Assembly (NCBI GenBank): GCA_964641245.1 | Contig: CAZXML010000002.1 | Span: 10,548-74,547, forward strand | DNA length: 64,000 bases | Direction of reading: 5' to 3' | Source of the DNA: an uncultured Gammaproteobacteria bacterium | Lineage (GTDB): Bacteria > Patescibacteriota > Patescibacteriia > Magasanikbacterales > GWA2-37-8 | Shown: piece by piece, positions 28,205-37,355 of the stretch | How the letters are laid out: every line of letters starts with the position of its first letter | Position numbering within the stretch: the stretch's first letter is position 1 | The notes under the pieces: generated by a model | Seen by the model: the letters and a program-made list of their open reading frames with translations, nothing else | Database searches by the model: none | What the model was told of the DNA's origin: nothing | Program-made: the position numbers and the translations under genes

Positions 28205-29731
28205 ATGTCTAATTACATCTGGGCCTTATTAGCCCTAATCGGAACAGGCGCCGGAGCCGGTGTCGGGTATTTTTTGCGTAAAAAAATTGCTCAAGCCCAA
28301 GCCAACTCCATGGAAGCTAGGGCGGACAAAATGCTTACGGAAGCAAAAACCCATCAGCAGGAAATTATCCTGCAGGGCAAGGAAAAAGCCACGCAAATTG
28401 TAGACGAGGCCAAACGCGAGGAAAAGACCGTCCGCCAGGAATTGCATACTTTGCAGGAAAGATTGGAAAGACGCGAAACAATGTTTGACCAAAAACTTTT
28501 GGAACTGCAGGGCAATCAGCAAAAATTACAGGAACAGGCCGTAAAAATTCAACAGGTAAAATTGGATATAGAAAAAATGCGCGACCAGGAAATTGAACGT
28601 TTGCAGGAAATTTCCAACTTAAGCAAAGATGCCGCCAAGGCCGAATTGCTAACTCGCGTAGAAGAACAAAGCAAGAGTGATTTGATGGCCCGCGTTTTAA
28701 AATTGGATAAAGAATCCATTGAAGTCTACGACGCCAAAGCTAGAGAACTTATCACCGACGCCATTCAACGCGTCGCCTCTTCTCATGCCGCGGAAGTCAC
28801 TTCCACTACCGTGCACTTGCCCAGCGAAGATATGAAGGGCCGCATTATCGGCAAAGAAGGACGCAACATTAAAGCCATAGAAAAATTAACCGGTTGTGAA
28901 CTGGTGATAGACGACTCTCCGGATACTATTATGGTATCGGGCTTCTCCCCTATCCGCCGGCAAATTGCAAAATTGGCTTTAGAAAAATTAATGGCCGACG
29001 GCCGTATTCAACCGGCGCGCATTGAAGAGTTTGTGGAAAAAGCCAAACAAGATTTAGCTTTAGATATTAAAAAAGCCGGCGAAGAAGCTCTATACAAAAT
29101 GAGCATCACCGGTGTTGATCCTAAACTGGTTGGAATTGTGGGCCGTCTAAAATATCGCACCAGTTACGGCCAGAACATTTTAATTCATTCCATGGAGGTA
29201 GGATATTTGTCCGCCATCATTGCCAGTGAATTGGGACTAGATGCCGCCAAAGCCAAAAAGTGTGGTTTCTTCCACGACATCGGTAAAGCGGTTGATCAGG
29301 AAACCCAAGGTTCTCATCCGGAAATCGGCCACATGATTCTAAAGAAATTCAACATGGATGAAGACGTTTGCCAAACAGCTCTCACCCATCATCAGGATAA
29401 AGCTTTTAACATCTATGCCACCATTGCCAAAGCCGCGGACGCAATTTCCGGAGCCAGAATCGGCGCCCGCAAAGACAGCTATGAACAATTTGTGGCGCGT
29501 TTGCAGGATTTGGAAAAGACCGCCGCCAGCTTCCCGGGCATTGATAAGGTTTACGCTATTCAAGCCGGCCGCGAAATACGCATCTTTGTTAAACCAAACG
29601 AAGTTGATGATTATTCCGCCTTCCAATTAGCCAAAGACATCTCCCGCAAAATTGAACAGGAATTGCAATATCCAGGTGAAATCCGCGTTACCATTATCCG
29701 CGAGACTCGCGTGGTTGAGTACGCGAAGTAA
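28205..29731 (+). CDS. rny: Ribonuclease Y
   Basis: N-terminal TM, coiled coil, KH (MKGRIIGKEGRNI), HD (HDIGK); start MSNYIW. Confidence 0.97.
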   Translation: MSNYIWALLALIGTGAGAGVGYFLRKKIAQAQANSMEARADKMLTEAKTHQQEIILQGKEKATQIVDEAKREEKTVRQELHTLQERLERRETMFDQKLLELQGNQQKLQEQAVKIQQVKLDIEKMRDQEIERLQEISNLSKDAAKAELLTRVEEQSKSDLMARVLKLDKESIEVYDAKARELITDAIQRVASSHAAEVTSTTVHLPSEDMKGRIIGKEGRNIKAIEKLTGCELVIDDSPDTIMVSGFSPIRRQIAKLALEKLMADGRIQPARIEEFVEKAKQDLALDIKKAGEEALYKMSITGVDPKLVGIVGRLKYRTSYGQNILIHSMEVGYLSAIIASELGLDAAKAKKCGFFHDIGKAVDQETQGSHPEIGHMILKKFNMDEDVCQTALTHHQDKAFNIYATIAKAADAISGARIGARKDSYEQFVARLQDLEKTAASFPGIDKVYAIQAGREIRIFVKPNEVDDYSAFQLAKDISRKIEQELQYPGEIRVTIIRETRVVEYAK

Positions 29732-29770
29732 TTGTGGTACAATACAGGCTAACCTTAGAGAAATTTATAT

Positions 29771-29853
29771 TGTCATTCTGAGTGAAACGAAGAATCTCTG
29801 TCCAAATTGGACAACAAACAGACAGGGATCCTTCACGTGCGTTCAGGATGACA
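29771..29853. repeat. Family B element (rny-hup intergenic)
   Basis: tgtcattctgagtgaaacgaagaatctctgtc...gacagggatccttcacgtgcgttcaggatgaca. Confidence 0.9.
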
Positions 29854-29898
29854 GATGGAAAATATGAACAAGCCAATTTATAGAAAGGGGGTGAAACT

Positions 29899-30174
29899 AT
29901 GAACAAAGCAGATTTAGCGCAACACGTAGCCGAAAAGCTTTCTTTACCAAAACGCCAGGTTGAGGACACTCTTAACGCCATTCTTGATACAGTTGTAGAA
30001 CAATTAAAGAAAGGCGAAGAAGCTGTTTTCACTGGTTTTGGCGCTTTCAGCGCAAAATTGCGCGCTGCGCGCGTAGGTGTAAACCCACAGAACCCTTCTC
30101 AAAAAATCAACATCCCGGCTGTAACCGTTCCTAAATTCAAGGCAGGAAAAGCCTTAAAAGACGCTCTAAAATAA
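29899..30174 (+). CDS. hup: DNA-binding protein HU
   Basis: MNKADL, GFGAF, GVNPQ, PKFKAGKALKD. Confidence 0.96.
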   Translation: MNKADLAQHVAEKLSLPKRQVEDTLNAILDTVVEQLKKGEEAVFTGFGAFSAKLRAARVGVNPQNPSQKINIPAVTVPKFKAGKALKDALK

Positions 30175-30322
30175 GGGCTAAAGCCCATATATTAACAAAG
30201 ACCCCTCCGCCTTTATATCGGGGGTGTTTTTGTTTTTGGCCTCGCTTATTGGCAAATACTGTCCGATATGCTATGCTTCTAAAACCTGCCAACAATTACT
30301 CATTGAAAAAAGAGGTGCGGCG

Positions 30323-31198
30323 ATGCCAAAAAATGATGGCTGGAACGAATTACAACAATACGCGCAGTATCTTTCTCGCTATCCGGTGATTCGAGACCCA
30401 AAAAAAGTTGCCGGACTGTTTAAGCGGTGGAAAAAACACGGGGATCGTCAGGCATATGACCAACTGGTCTATAGTAATACCAGACTCATTATTGCCATCG
30501 CTTTAAAATTTCGCGGCTGTGGTGTTCCACTTCCTGATCTAGTTCAGGAAGGTTTCTTGGGCCTCATGAGGGCGTTGGAAGACTGGGACGAAACACGAGC
30601 CAGTTTAGGCACGCATGCTAGCTGGTGGATTTGGTCAGCAATGCTCCAACTAATATCTGGCATCAGTATGAAACGGCCCTACCGCTTGCCGTCAAAAATC
30701 TATCAGCGAGTAGGATTGGTGGCCAGGATTATAAAGGATTTCTCTGATCAATACGATCGCTGGCCAAACGACCAAGAAGTGTATGAACGGATCCATGCGG
30801 TGGACGGCACCAAAGATGAAACGCGCGATCTCAAACACATGACTTTACGCGAAATAAAACTTTGCCGGCGTCTCCTTGTCGAAAGATACTGCTCTTTAGA
30901 CTCTCCTCCTCTGCCAATAAATGGAGAGGAAGGAAAAGAACGCTTCCTAAGCGATGTTGTTGCAGACACCAAAGTTGATGTGGATCAAATAGTGGAAAGC
31001 CGGTACGACCTAAAAAAAATTGAGGCGGAAATAGACAAGCTGGAACCAAGAGAGCGCGTGATTATTCGCTCGCGCTTCCTGGAAGAAATCACTCTTGCAG
31101 AAATTGGCAAAAGCTACGGCGTAAGCTGCGAGCGTATCCGGCAAATTGAAGAGCAGGTTGTTAAGAAAATAGGACAAAAACTCGGAATAAGAAAATAA
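30323..31198 (+). CDS. Sigma-70 family RNA polymerase sigma factor (regions 2-4)
   Basis: SNTRLI, DLVQEGFLGLMRA, A.WWI, TLAEIG...ERIRQIE; GAGGTG RBS before MPKND. Confidence 0.85.
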   Translation: MPKNDGWNELQQYAQYLSRYPVIRDPKKVAGLFKRWKKHGDRQAYDQLVYSNTRLIIAIALKFRGCGVPLPDLVQEGFLGLMRALEDWDETRASLGTHASWWIWSAMLQLISGISMKRPYRLPSKIYQRVGLVARIIKDFSDQYDRWPNDQEVYERIHAVDGTKDETRDLKHMTLREIKLCRRLLVERYCSLDSPPLPINGEEGKERFLSDVVADTKVDVDQIVESRYDLKKIEAEIDKLEPRERVIIRSRFLEEITLAEIGKSYGVSCERIRQIEEQVVKKIGQKLGIRK

Positions 31199-31258
31199 AA
31201 AAAATAGATTTCGCCCCGACTGCGTGTCATACTCGCAATCGGGGTTTATTTTTTCTAG

Positions 31259-31301
31259 TCGCCACCACCCCCACCACGCAATTGCGTGGTGGGGGTGGCG
31301 G
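31259..31301. terminator. Strong GC-rich hairpin between convergent genes (second hairpin at 31213-31245)
   Basis: ccacccccaccacgc-aatt-gcgtggtgggggtgg. Confidence 0.55.
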
Positions 31302-31316
31302 AAGGAAAATAAAAAA

Positions 31317-32456
31317 CTAATCCTGAAGCGCGGTACAAACTTTTGCCGGCGGAAAGATTTTATCAACCGCTTTGTGAAACAAATAACCGATTCCCAAAAA
31401 TAATCCCAAATAAATAATTGTGGCCGCGCCGGCGGAAATTCTTCCGTATAAAAAATTATAACGGTAAAGCAATGGCCAGTGCAATAAATATATTTCAAAG
31501 GAATACAAACCGAACAAAGTCAGAATTTTAAAATTAATTTTTTTAAAAAGAAATACCGCCAGTACTGCCGTGGCGGCAAGCAAGCTAAAGATAGCCTCTT
31601 TTTTCCAGCTCTCTCCAACGCTTGAATGATAATAAGTATAAATAAAAACTCCTCCCGCCAATACAATCAAAGCCCGGCGCAAAATATTTTCCAGATGGTA
31701 TTTTTTAAATATAGAACCCAGCTGCTGGCCAAACTTGGCAATAAATGCCGGCGGCTGATTGATTAACGCGCCCATTGCCATTCCCAGCGGAAGTGCCAAA
31801 AAATGAAGCTTGTACAGTTTTAACACCGCTTCGGAAAAAATATTTAGTTGCAAAATATAATGAATAGCCAGCCAGCCGATGCCGGCCATTGCCAAAGCCG
31901 ACAATACCGGAAATCGGCGCCGGAAAATAAGCGGAAATAAAAAACTATAGAAAAGCAGAGGCGTAATATACCACAGCGGAGAATTTAGATCCGCGTATAT
32001 ATCCGCGCTCGGAAAAAATCCTAAAATATTTTCTATAATGGTTTTTAAAGGATAAGTTTGGCGCGCAAAAAGAAAATTAAGCAGTAAAAAAAATAAAACA
32101 GTAGCCGCTACGGGCAGACAAATTCTCCGTATGCGTTTTAAATAAAATTTGCCGGCCGCTAATGGACGCTTTGAGGCGGAAGCCGCCAGGCCGTAACCGG
32201 ATAAAATTAAAAATAAGTCCACGCCCACGCCCGCGTAATTGGATAACGGAACCAAAAAACTCCGGTCGCTGACCAAAAAATAACCGATGTGCGAAAATAC
32301 CACCATTAAAATTGCCAAGCCTTTTAGTTCGGCGGTAGTTTGTAATGGAAAAAAGGAATTGTCTTTTGCCCGGCGCGCGGAAATTACGAGCGCCAGCAAT
32401 AGAACCGCCCCCACAATAATAGTTTCCCGAAACGCGTTAGTAATCAAGATTGTCAT
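31317..32456 (-). CDS. Acyltransferase family 3 membrane protein
   Basis: LKGLAILMVVFSH, GVDLFLILSGYGL, WYI, G.YSFEIYLLH. Confidence 0.9.
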   Translation of the reverse strand: MTILITNAFRETIIVGAVLLLALVISARRAKDNSFFPLQTTAELKGLAILMVVFSHIGYFLVSDRSFLVPLSNYAGVGVDLFLILSGYGLAASASKRPLAAGKFYLKRIRRICLPVAATVLFFLLLNFLFARQTYPLKTIIENILGFFPSADIYADLNSPLWYITPLLFYSFLFPLIFRRRFPVLSALAMAGIGWLAIHYILQLNIFSEAVLKLYKLHFLALPLGMAMGALINQPPAFIAKFGQQLGSIFKKYHLENILRRALIVLAGGVFIYTYYHSSVGESWKKEAIFSLLAATAVLAVFLFKKINFKILTLFGLYSFEIYLLHWPLLYRYNFLYGRISAGAATIIYLGLFLGIGYLFHKAVDKIFPPAKVCTALQD

Positions 32457-33180
32457 ATATAATTTTACTCCAGAAATCGTAACCTTCATCTGAAGGGTGA
32501 AAATTATCCGTGGAATAATATAAAGGATCGGCGAATGCTTTGGCGCGCGTCAAAGTATACATATCAACAAGGTTAACCTGCCGGCCGGCGGTAGCGTTAT
32601 TTATAAAAGTGTTATAACGTTTGGTTTGCCAATCAAAATATAACCGATACGGCGGAATAAAAACCGATTTATCTCCCAAAAAGGGGGCGTTGATAATATT
32701 TAAATGTTTTGTGGTACCGGATAATTTATCAATAATATTGGAAATTGTGTGTTGAAATAAGCCCGTTGGCACCTGATTGTGCATATCGTTAACTCCAACA
32801 GCGACGGTAATTATATCCGGACGAAACTGCGCCGCCTGCGGCACCTGAATTTTTAAAACATCTTCGGCTGTTGCGCCCGGCCAACCCAAATTAATTACAG
32901 TAACCTGCGCGTTTTGTTTTTCCGTTAAAAGTTTAGCCAGGCGGTACGGATAGGTTTTATCTTCCGCGGTAGCGCCAATTCCGGCCGTTAAACTGTCTCC
33001 CAAGGCCACGTAAACTATTTTTTTGGTAAAAGCGTTGGCGGAAAAAGGCGCGGTTATAATTTGGTGAGTGGTTGGATTGGCCAGGTTGCTTGCGCCGAGC
33101 GTTTTATAAACATAAGCATAAGCCCGGTTAAGATACAGGCCCGCGCCCAAAATTATAAATATAATAATCAAATACTTCAT
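32437..33180 (-). CDS. SGNH/GDSL hydrolase
   Basis: LGDSLTAG, GVND, DNFHP. Confidence 0.9.
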   Translation of the reverse strand: MKYLIIIFIILGAGLYLNRAYAYVYKTLGASNLANPTTHQIITAPFSANAFTKKIVYVALGDSLTAGIGATAEDKTYPYRLAKLLTEKQNAQVTVINLGWPGATAEDVLKIQVPQAAQFRPDIITVAVGVNDMHNQVPTGLFQHTISNIIDKLSGTTKHLNIINAPFLGDKSVFIPPYRLYFDWQTKRYNTFINNATAGRQVNLVDMYTLTRAKAFADPLYYSTDNFHPSDEGYDFWSKIIYDNLDY

Positions 33181-33246
33181 AGAACTGATACTGGGTTATT
33201 TCCGCCGCTGGTTTAACGTCGCTAAAAATTGACCGCTATTTTTGGC

Positions 33247-33339
33247 TGTCATCCTGAACGCAGTGAAGGATCTCTATCCGTCGTTTGTTCGTGAATTGGA
33301 CAGAGATTCTTCTCCGTCCTATGGCGGATCAGAATGACA
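33247..33339. repeat. Family B element with an extra tccgtcctatggcgga mini-hairpin in one arm
   Basis: tgtcatcctgaacgcagtgaaggatct...tcagaatgaca. Confidence 0.88.
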
Positions 33340-33389
33340 ATTGAGGGAACTCACAATGAGATTGTAGCGCAGATATTATATCAAAATTA

Positions 33390-33418
33390 TTGACATTTGC
33401 CTAAAATACCGTTATCCT
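33390..33418 (+). promoter_or_regulatory. Sigma70 promoter abutting the U32 gene (probably near-leaderless)
   Basis: TTGACA-17-TATCCT. Confidence 0.5.
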
Positions 33419-34681
33419 ATGACCGCTATGTCTACAATAGAAATCATGTCACCGGCGGGGTCGTTTGCCTCGCTAAACACCGCTATTAAAGCCGGAGCAA
33501 ATTCCGTGTATTTTGGCATTGAACAGCTGAATATGCGCGCCCGGGCCGCTAATAATTTTAAAACATCCGACCTGCCGGAAATCGTCCGCATCTGCAAAGC
33601 CAAAAATGTTAAAACATATCTTACTGTAAACACCATTCTTTACGACCATGATTTAACGCTTTTAAAAAAGATTTGCGATGCGGCCAAAGCCAACGGGGTA
33701 ACGGCGATTATCGCTTCCGATGTCGCCGCGTTTCAATACGCCAATTCCATCGGGCTGGAAATTCATATTTCTACCCAGCAAAATGTAAGCAATATAGAAG
33801 CGGTACGATTTTTTGCCAAGTTTGCCGATGTGATTGTGCTGGCGCGCGAACTTACTTTGAATCAAATTAAAAAAATAATTAAACAAATTAAAGACGAAAA
33901 AATTACCGGCCCCCGCGGCGAACTGATTAAAATAGAAATTTTCGCCCACGGCGCTTTGTGCGTAGCCATATCCGGAAAATGCTACATGAGTCTGGCCACC
34001 CAAAATGCTTCCGCCAACCGCGGGGCCTGCACGCAAAATTGCCGCCGCACTTACCGCGTTATAGATGAAGAAAACGGCGAAGAGCTGGTGCTGGATAACA
34101 AATACATAATGTCGCCCAAAGATTTATGCACCATCGGTTTTTTGGATCAGATTTTAAAAGCCGGGGTTAGTGTGCTTAAACTGGAAGGCCGGGGCCGTTC
34201 GCCGGAATATGTTCACGTGGTCACCAAATGCTACCGCGAGGCCGCCGATGCCGTGGAAAACAACACCTACACTCCGGAAAAAATCGCCGACTGGACCAAA
34301 CAGCTGGAAACCGTTTACAACCGGGGCTTGTGGCACGGCGGTTATTACCTGGGCAAACAGCTGGGCGAATGGAGCGGAGAATACGGTTCGCACACCACCA
34401 CCCAAAATGATTACGTCGGGCATGTCACCAATTTTTTCCGCAAAATAAATGTGGGAGAATTTTTGATTGAAGCCGGAGTCATTAAAGCGGGCGAGGAAAT
34501 TTTAATTACCGGCGACACTACCGGTGTAGTCAAATGCAAAGTGGAAGAAATTATTTTAAATGATAAAGCGGCGGACAGCGCCAAACAAGGCGACACCATT
34601 ACTTTTAAAGTCCCGGACCAAATCCGCTACAACGACAAATTGTTTGTCATCCGCAACCGTGTAGGGTCTGTCGCCAAATAG
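33419..34681 (+). CDS. Peptidase U32 family protein (TrhP-like tRNA hydroxylation candidate)
   Basis: SPAGS, HGALCVAISGKC, NRGACTQNCR, LKLEGR. Confidence 0.9.
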   Translation: MTAMSTIEIMSPAGSFASLNTAIKAGANSVYFGIEQLNMRARAANNFKTSDLPEIVRICKAKNVKTYLTVNTILYDHDLTLLKKICDAAKANGVTAIIASDVAAFQYANSIGLEIHISTQQNVSNIEAVRFFAKFADVIVLARELTLNQIKKIIKQIKDEKITGPRGELIKIEIFAHGALCVAISGKCYMSLATQNASANRGACTQNCRRTYRVIDEENGEELVLDNKYIMSPKDLCTIGFLDQILKAGVSVLKLEGRGRSPEYVHVVTKCYREAADAVENNTYTPEKIADWTKQLETVYNRGLWHGGYYLGKQLGEWSGEYGSHTTTQNDYVGHVTNFFRKINVGEFLIEAGVIKAGEEILITGDTTGVVKCKVEEIILNDKAADSAKQGDTITFKVPDQIRYNDKLFVIRNRVGSVAK

Positions 34682-34695
34682 TCAAAACGTTTAAT

Positions 34696-34779
34696 TGTCA
34701 TTCTGAGCGTAGCGACGAATCTCTGTCCGGTTGGCCAAATAACGACTGACAGAGATCCTTCATTTCATTCAGGATGACA
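34696..34779. repeat. Family B element between U32 and ferredoxin
   Basis: tgtcattctgagcgtagcgacgaatctctgtc...gacagagatccttcatttcattcaggatgaca. Confidence 0.9.
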
Positions 34780-34806
34780 TTTGGCGACACTTCCGTGTAA
34801 GTTAAT

Positions 34807-35070
34807 ATGAACACAAAAAAAAAGAAAATTATTCACTTCCGCGAAAACTGCATTGGCTGTAATTCCTGCACCGAACACGCCCCCGGCAATTGGGAAATAA
34901 ACCCGGTTGACGGCAAAGCCACCCTTAAACGCTCCCTGGAAAAAGACGAGGTCTTCATAACCGAAATTTCCGAACCGGAACTGGAAGCCAACAAGCTGGC
35001 CGCCCGCGACTGCCCGACCGGGGTTATCCGGATAGAAAATGAAAAAGGACAAGATATAACGTGGGAGTAA
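34807..35070 (+). CDS. Ferredoxin (single 4Fe-4S/3Fe-4S cluster)
   Basis: CIGCNSC...CP. Confidence 0.88.
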   Translation: MNTKKKKIIHFRENCIGCNSCTEHAPGNWEINPVDGKATLKRSLEKDEVFITEISEPELEANKLAARDCPTGVIRIENEKGQDITWE

Positions 35071-35143
35071 GCCCTAAAAAAACCTCTGTTTGCTCAATTA
35101 GCCTGCTTTTGTTATAATAATAGCGGTTAACAATGCTACCGGT

Positions 35144-35602
35144 ATGTTTAGAACAAAATTACAAAGTAAAAAAAGTTATATTAACCGTTGCGCCGATTTT
35201 TTAAGAAATTCTTTTGGCACAGTTTGGTTTCTAGTTTTAAATGCCCTCATTTTTGCCCTGTGGCTAATCCTTAATTCTGGCTGGATTCCAAATTCTCCAA
35301 TTTTTGACCCATACCCATATGGATTTTTGACTATGGCAGTTTCCTTGGAAGCCATATTTCTTAGTGTTATTGTTCTCATCAGCCAAAACCGTGCCAATGA
35401 AATAGACGAACTGCGGGATGACCTGGATTTGGAAATTAATATTAAAGCCGAGAGTGAAATTACCAGAATAGTAAATATGCTGGATGAAATTCACGATCAT
35501 TTGGGCCTTCCCACAAAAGATGATGCGGAATTAAGAGGAATGAAGAAAAAAACAAATATCAACGACATGCAAGATGAACTGATGCGCATAGAAAAAAATT
35601 AA
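35144..35602 (+). CDS. DUF1003 family membrane protein
   Basis: FDPYPYGFL...SLEAIFLS...ISQNR. Confidence 0.88.
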   Translation: MFRTKLQSKKSYINRCADFLRNSFGTVWFLVLNALIFALWLILNSGWIPNSPIFDPYPYGFLTMAVSLEAIFLSVIVLISQNRANEIDELRDDLDLEINIKAESEITRIVNMLDEIHDHLGLPTKDDAELRGMKKKTNINDMQDELMRIEKN

Positions 35603-35616
35603 ACAAAATATAATAC

Positions 35617-35649
35617 AAAAAAGACCGGTATTTACGCTGGTCTTTTTTT
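35617..35649. terminator. Bidirectional intrinsic terminator
   Basis: aaaaaagaccgg...ctggtctttttttg. Confidence 0.65.
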
Positions 35650-35679
35650 GTGACATCCAAAAAATAAAACGAGGCAGAT

Positions 35680-35772
35680 TTATCTGAATTTGCAATGTGC
35701 AATGTGCATTTTTTGCACATTGCTTTTTGCTTGGTAAACGACGATGTTATTTTTCAGTATTTTCTTGTTCAT
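35680..35772 (-). pseudogene. Collapsed remnant of a RhuM-like gene
   Basis: MNKKILKNNIVVYQAKS joined directly to NVQKMHIA, two motifs normally far apart in RhuM-family proteins (from recall). Confidence 0.5.
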
Positions 35773-35824
35773 ATACGAAATGAGTGAGTATATATGCTGA
35801 AAGCCTATACACGTTATTATAAAT

Positions 35825-36137
35825 TTACAAAATTTCTTTATACTCGGAAAAGTTTTCCCGAACAATATTCTTCCATGTCGTCGTCTCATTACCACCACCG
35901 ATATCATTTTTATGATATACAAGCAAAACATGAACAATGCAAGTATCTTTATGTAAAGCGACAATACATCTATTGCCCGAACCGTGACGAGACTGCTGGG
36001 TACCGGCAATCTTGAATTCTGTTTTACAAATTTTTACCAACGCAGAATCAATAATAGTTTCTGCGGTATTTTTTAAAAAAGTATTTTATAAAGTGTCTTT
36101 CAGTAAATGGCTCGAAAATAACATCATACTTCTTCAT
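35825..36137 (-). pseudogene. Frameshifted putative toxin gene downstream of the Panacea antitoxin
   Basis: ATG 3 bp after the antitoxin stop gives MKKYDVIFEPFTERHFIK...*; another frame continues AETIIDSALVKICKTEFKIAG...SGNRCIV...VLLVYHKND. Confidence 0.6.
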
Positions 36138-36140
36138 AAT

Positions 36141-36815
36141 CTAAAATACTTCATCCGGATTTTCTTGGGTAAAAACATCGTATGACACGATATCGTTATC
36201 ACGAGCGAATAGATACGGAAATTGCTTGTGGGTAAAATCTACAATTTCAGAAGTTTTTTTACCTTTCCATTTTTTGTCGATATCATGAATCAACTTGGTT
36301 TCTTCGGTATTGAGCGCGGACAAACCAATTTTTGCGCCACTACGCGTCTCCGCAATGAGCATGGCTCCGTCTTTGGTTTGAGTGATATCTATTTCGCCAT
36401 TGTCAAACAAATCATCAATAATTCTAAAATACGCATCCGAAACCGGCCCATATGCCAATTTGCGATAGGACATACCACTCATACTTTTAAGGTGGTAATA
36501 AAACCACCCAAAGTCGGCAAAATACAATAATTTAGCAAGTTTTGTTTTTGTGATCTTGCCATCCAAACGCAAAAAAGCCAAGATCATTTGCTTGTATTTT
36601 TCATTGTTCGGCGCCACGCCATTCTTGAGCTCTTCCAAGGAAATGCCAAATATGTCGGCTAAAATAGCCGCTTCGGACAAACTAATGTCGCGCTTACCGT
36701 GCTCAAACGACACATATGAGGTACGGGGCATACTCATCTTTTGCGCAACTTCCGATTGTGATATTCCTTTTTGTATACGCAATTGTTTTATTGCGCTATA
36801 GTAGTTTTTACTCAT
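36141..36815 (-). CDS. XRE-HTH + Panacea (DUF4065/SocA-like) antitoxin
   Basis: N-terminal HTH; TKLAKLLYFADF, YGPV, IVDFTH. Confidence 0.85.
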   Translation of the reverse strand: MSKNYYSAIKQLRIQKGISQSEVAQKMSMPRTSYVSFEHGKRDISLSEAAILADIFGISLEELKNGVAPNNEKYKQMILAFLRLDGKITKTKLAKLLYFADFGWFYYHLKSMSGMSYRKLAYGPVSDAYFRIIDDLFDNGEIDITQTKDGAMLIAETRSGAKIGLSALNTEETKLIHDIDKKWKGKKTSEIVDFTHKQFPYLFARDNDIVSYDVFTQENPDEVF

Positions 36816-36837
36816 ATATTATGAAATATAATTGCAC

Positions 36838-36880
36838 CTCGCTCGGAAAAGTTCGCGAGCGACCTTTTCTCTCACTTCAC
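36838..36880 (-). repeat. Family G element upstream of the antitoxin gene
   Basis: Reverse complement gtgaagtgagagaaaag[hairpin]cttttccgagcgag. Confidence 0.7.
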
Positions 36881-37031
36881 TACAATTATAAAGGTATTAT
36901 ACACCAATTATGTCTAAAAATCAACCACTGGGTGTGGATAAACTTGACACCATAAATACCTATGATAAAGTACCATGGATCGGCCTAGTCGAACCGTGAG
37001 CTACTTACCCGCCCCCCCCTAAACAATTCTT

Positions 37032-37223
37032 ATGAAGACCAACAAGATAATCATTAAAATGGCAAAAAACAAACAGCCATACGTCGTCGTCAAGGGCAAG
37101 AACAATGAAACAATTGCCATGACCGAAACCTACAAAAGCAAACAAGGCGCAAAAAAAGCTGCCGCTGCTTTAAAAAAAGTTGTAAAGAACGCTGTTGTTG
37201 TAGACAAAACTAAACAAGGTTAA
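37032..37223 (+). CDS. YegP/DUF1508 family small protein
   Basis: YVVVKGKNNETIAMTETYKSKQGA. Confidence 0.75.
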   Translation: MKTNKIIIKMAKNKQPYVVVKGKNNETIAMTETYKSKQGAKKAAAALKKVVKNAVVVDKTKQG

Positions 37224-37322
37224 CTTGAACAAAAGTTGCTGGTTTATAGAGATCTCGCGGAGAAAGAGGAATGATAGGAATTTTGCTATTCACCAACAGA
37301 GCTAGAAAGGCACGCCTCGTTC

Positions 37323-37355
37323 AAAAATAATCACCATTACGGTGATTATTTTTTT
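37323..37355. terminator. Bidirectional terminator
   Basis: aaaaataatcacc-attac-ggtgattattttttt. Confidence 0.65.
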
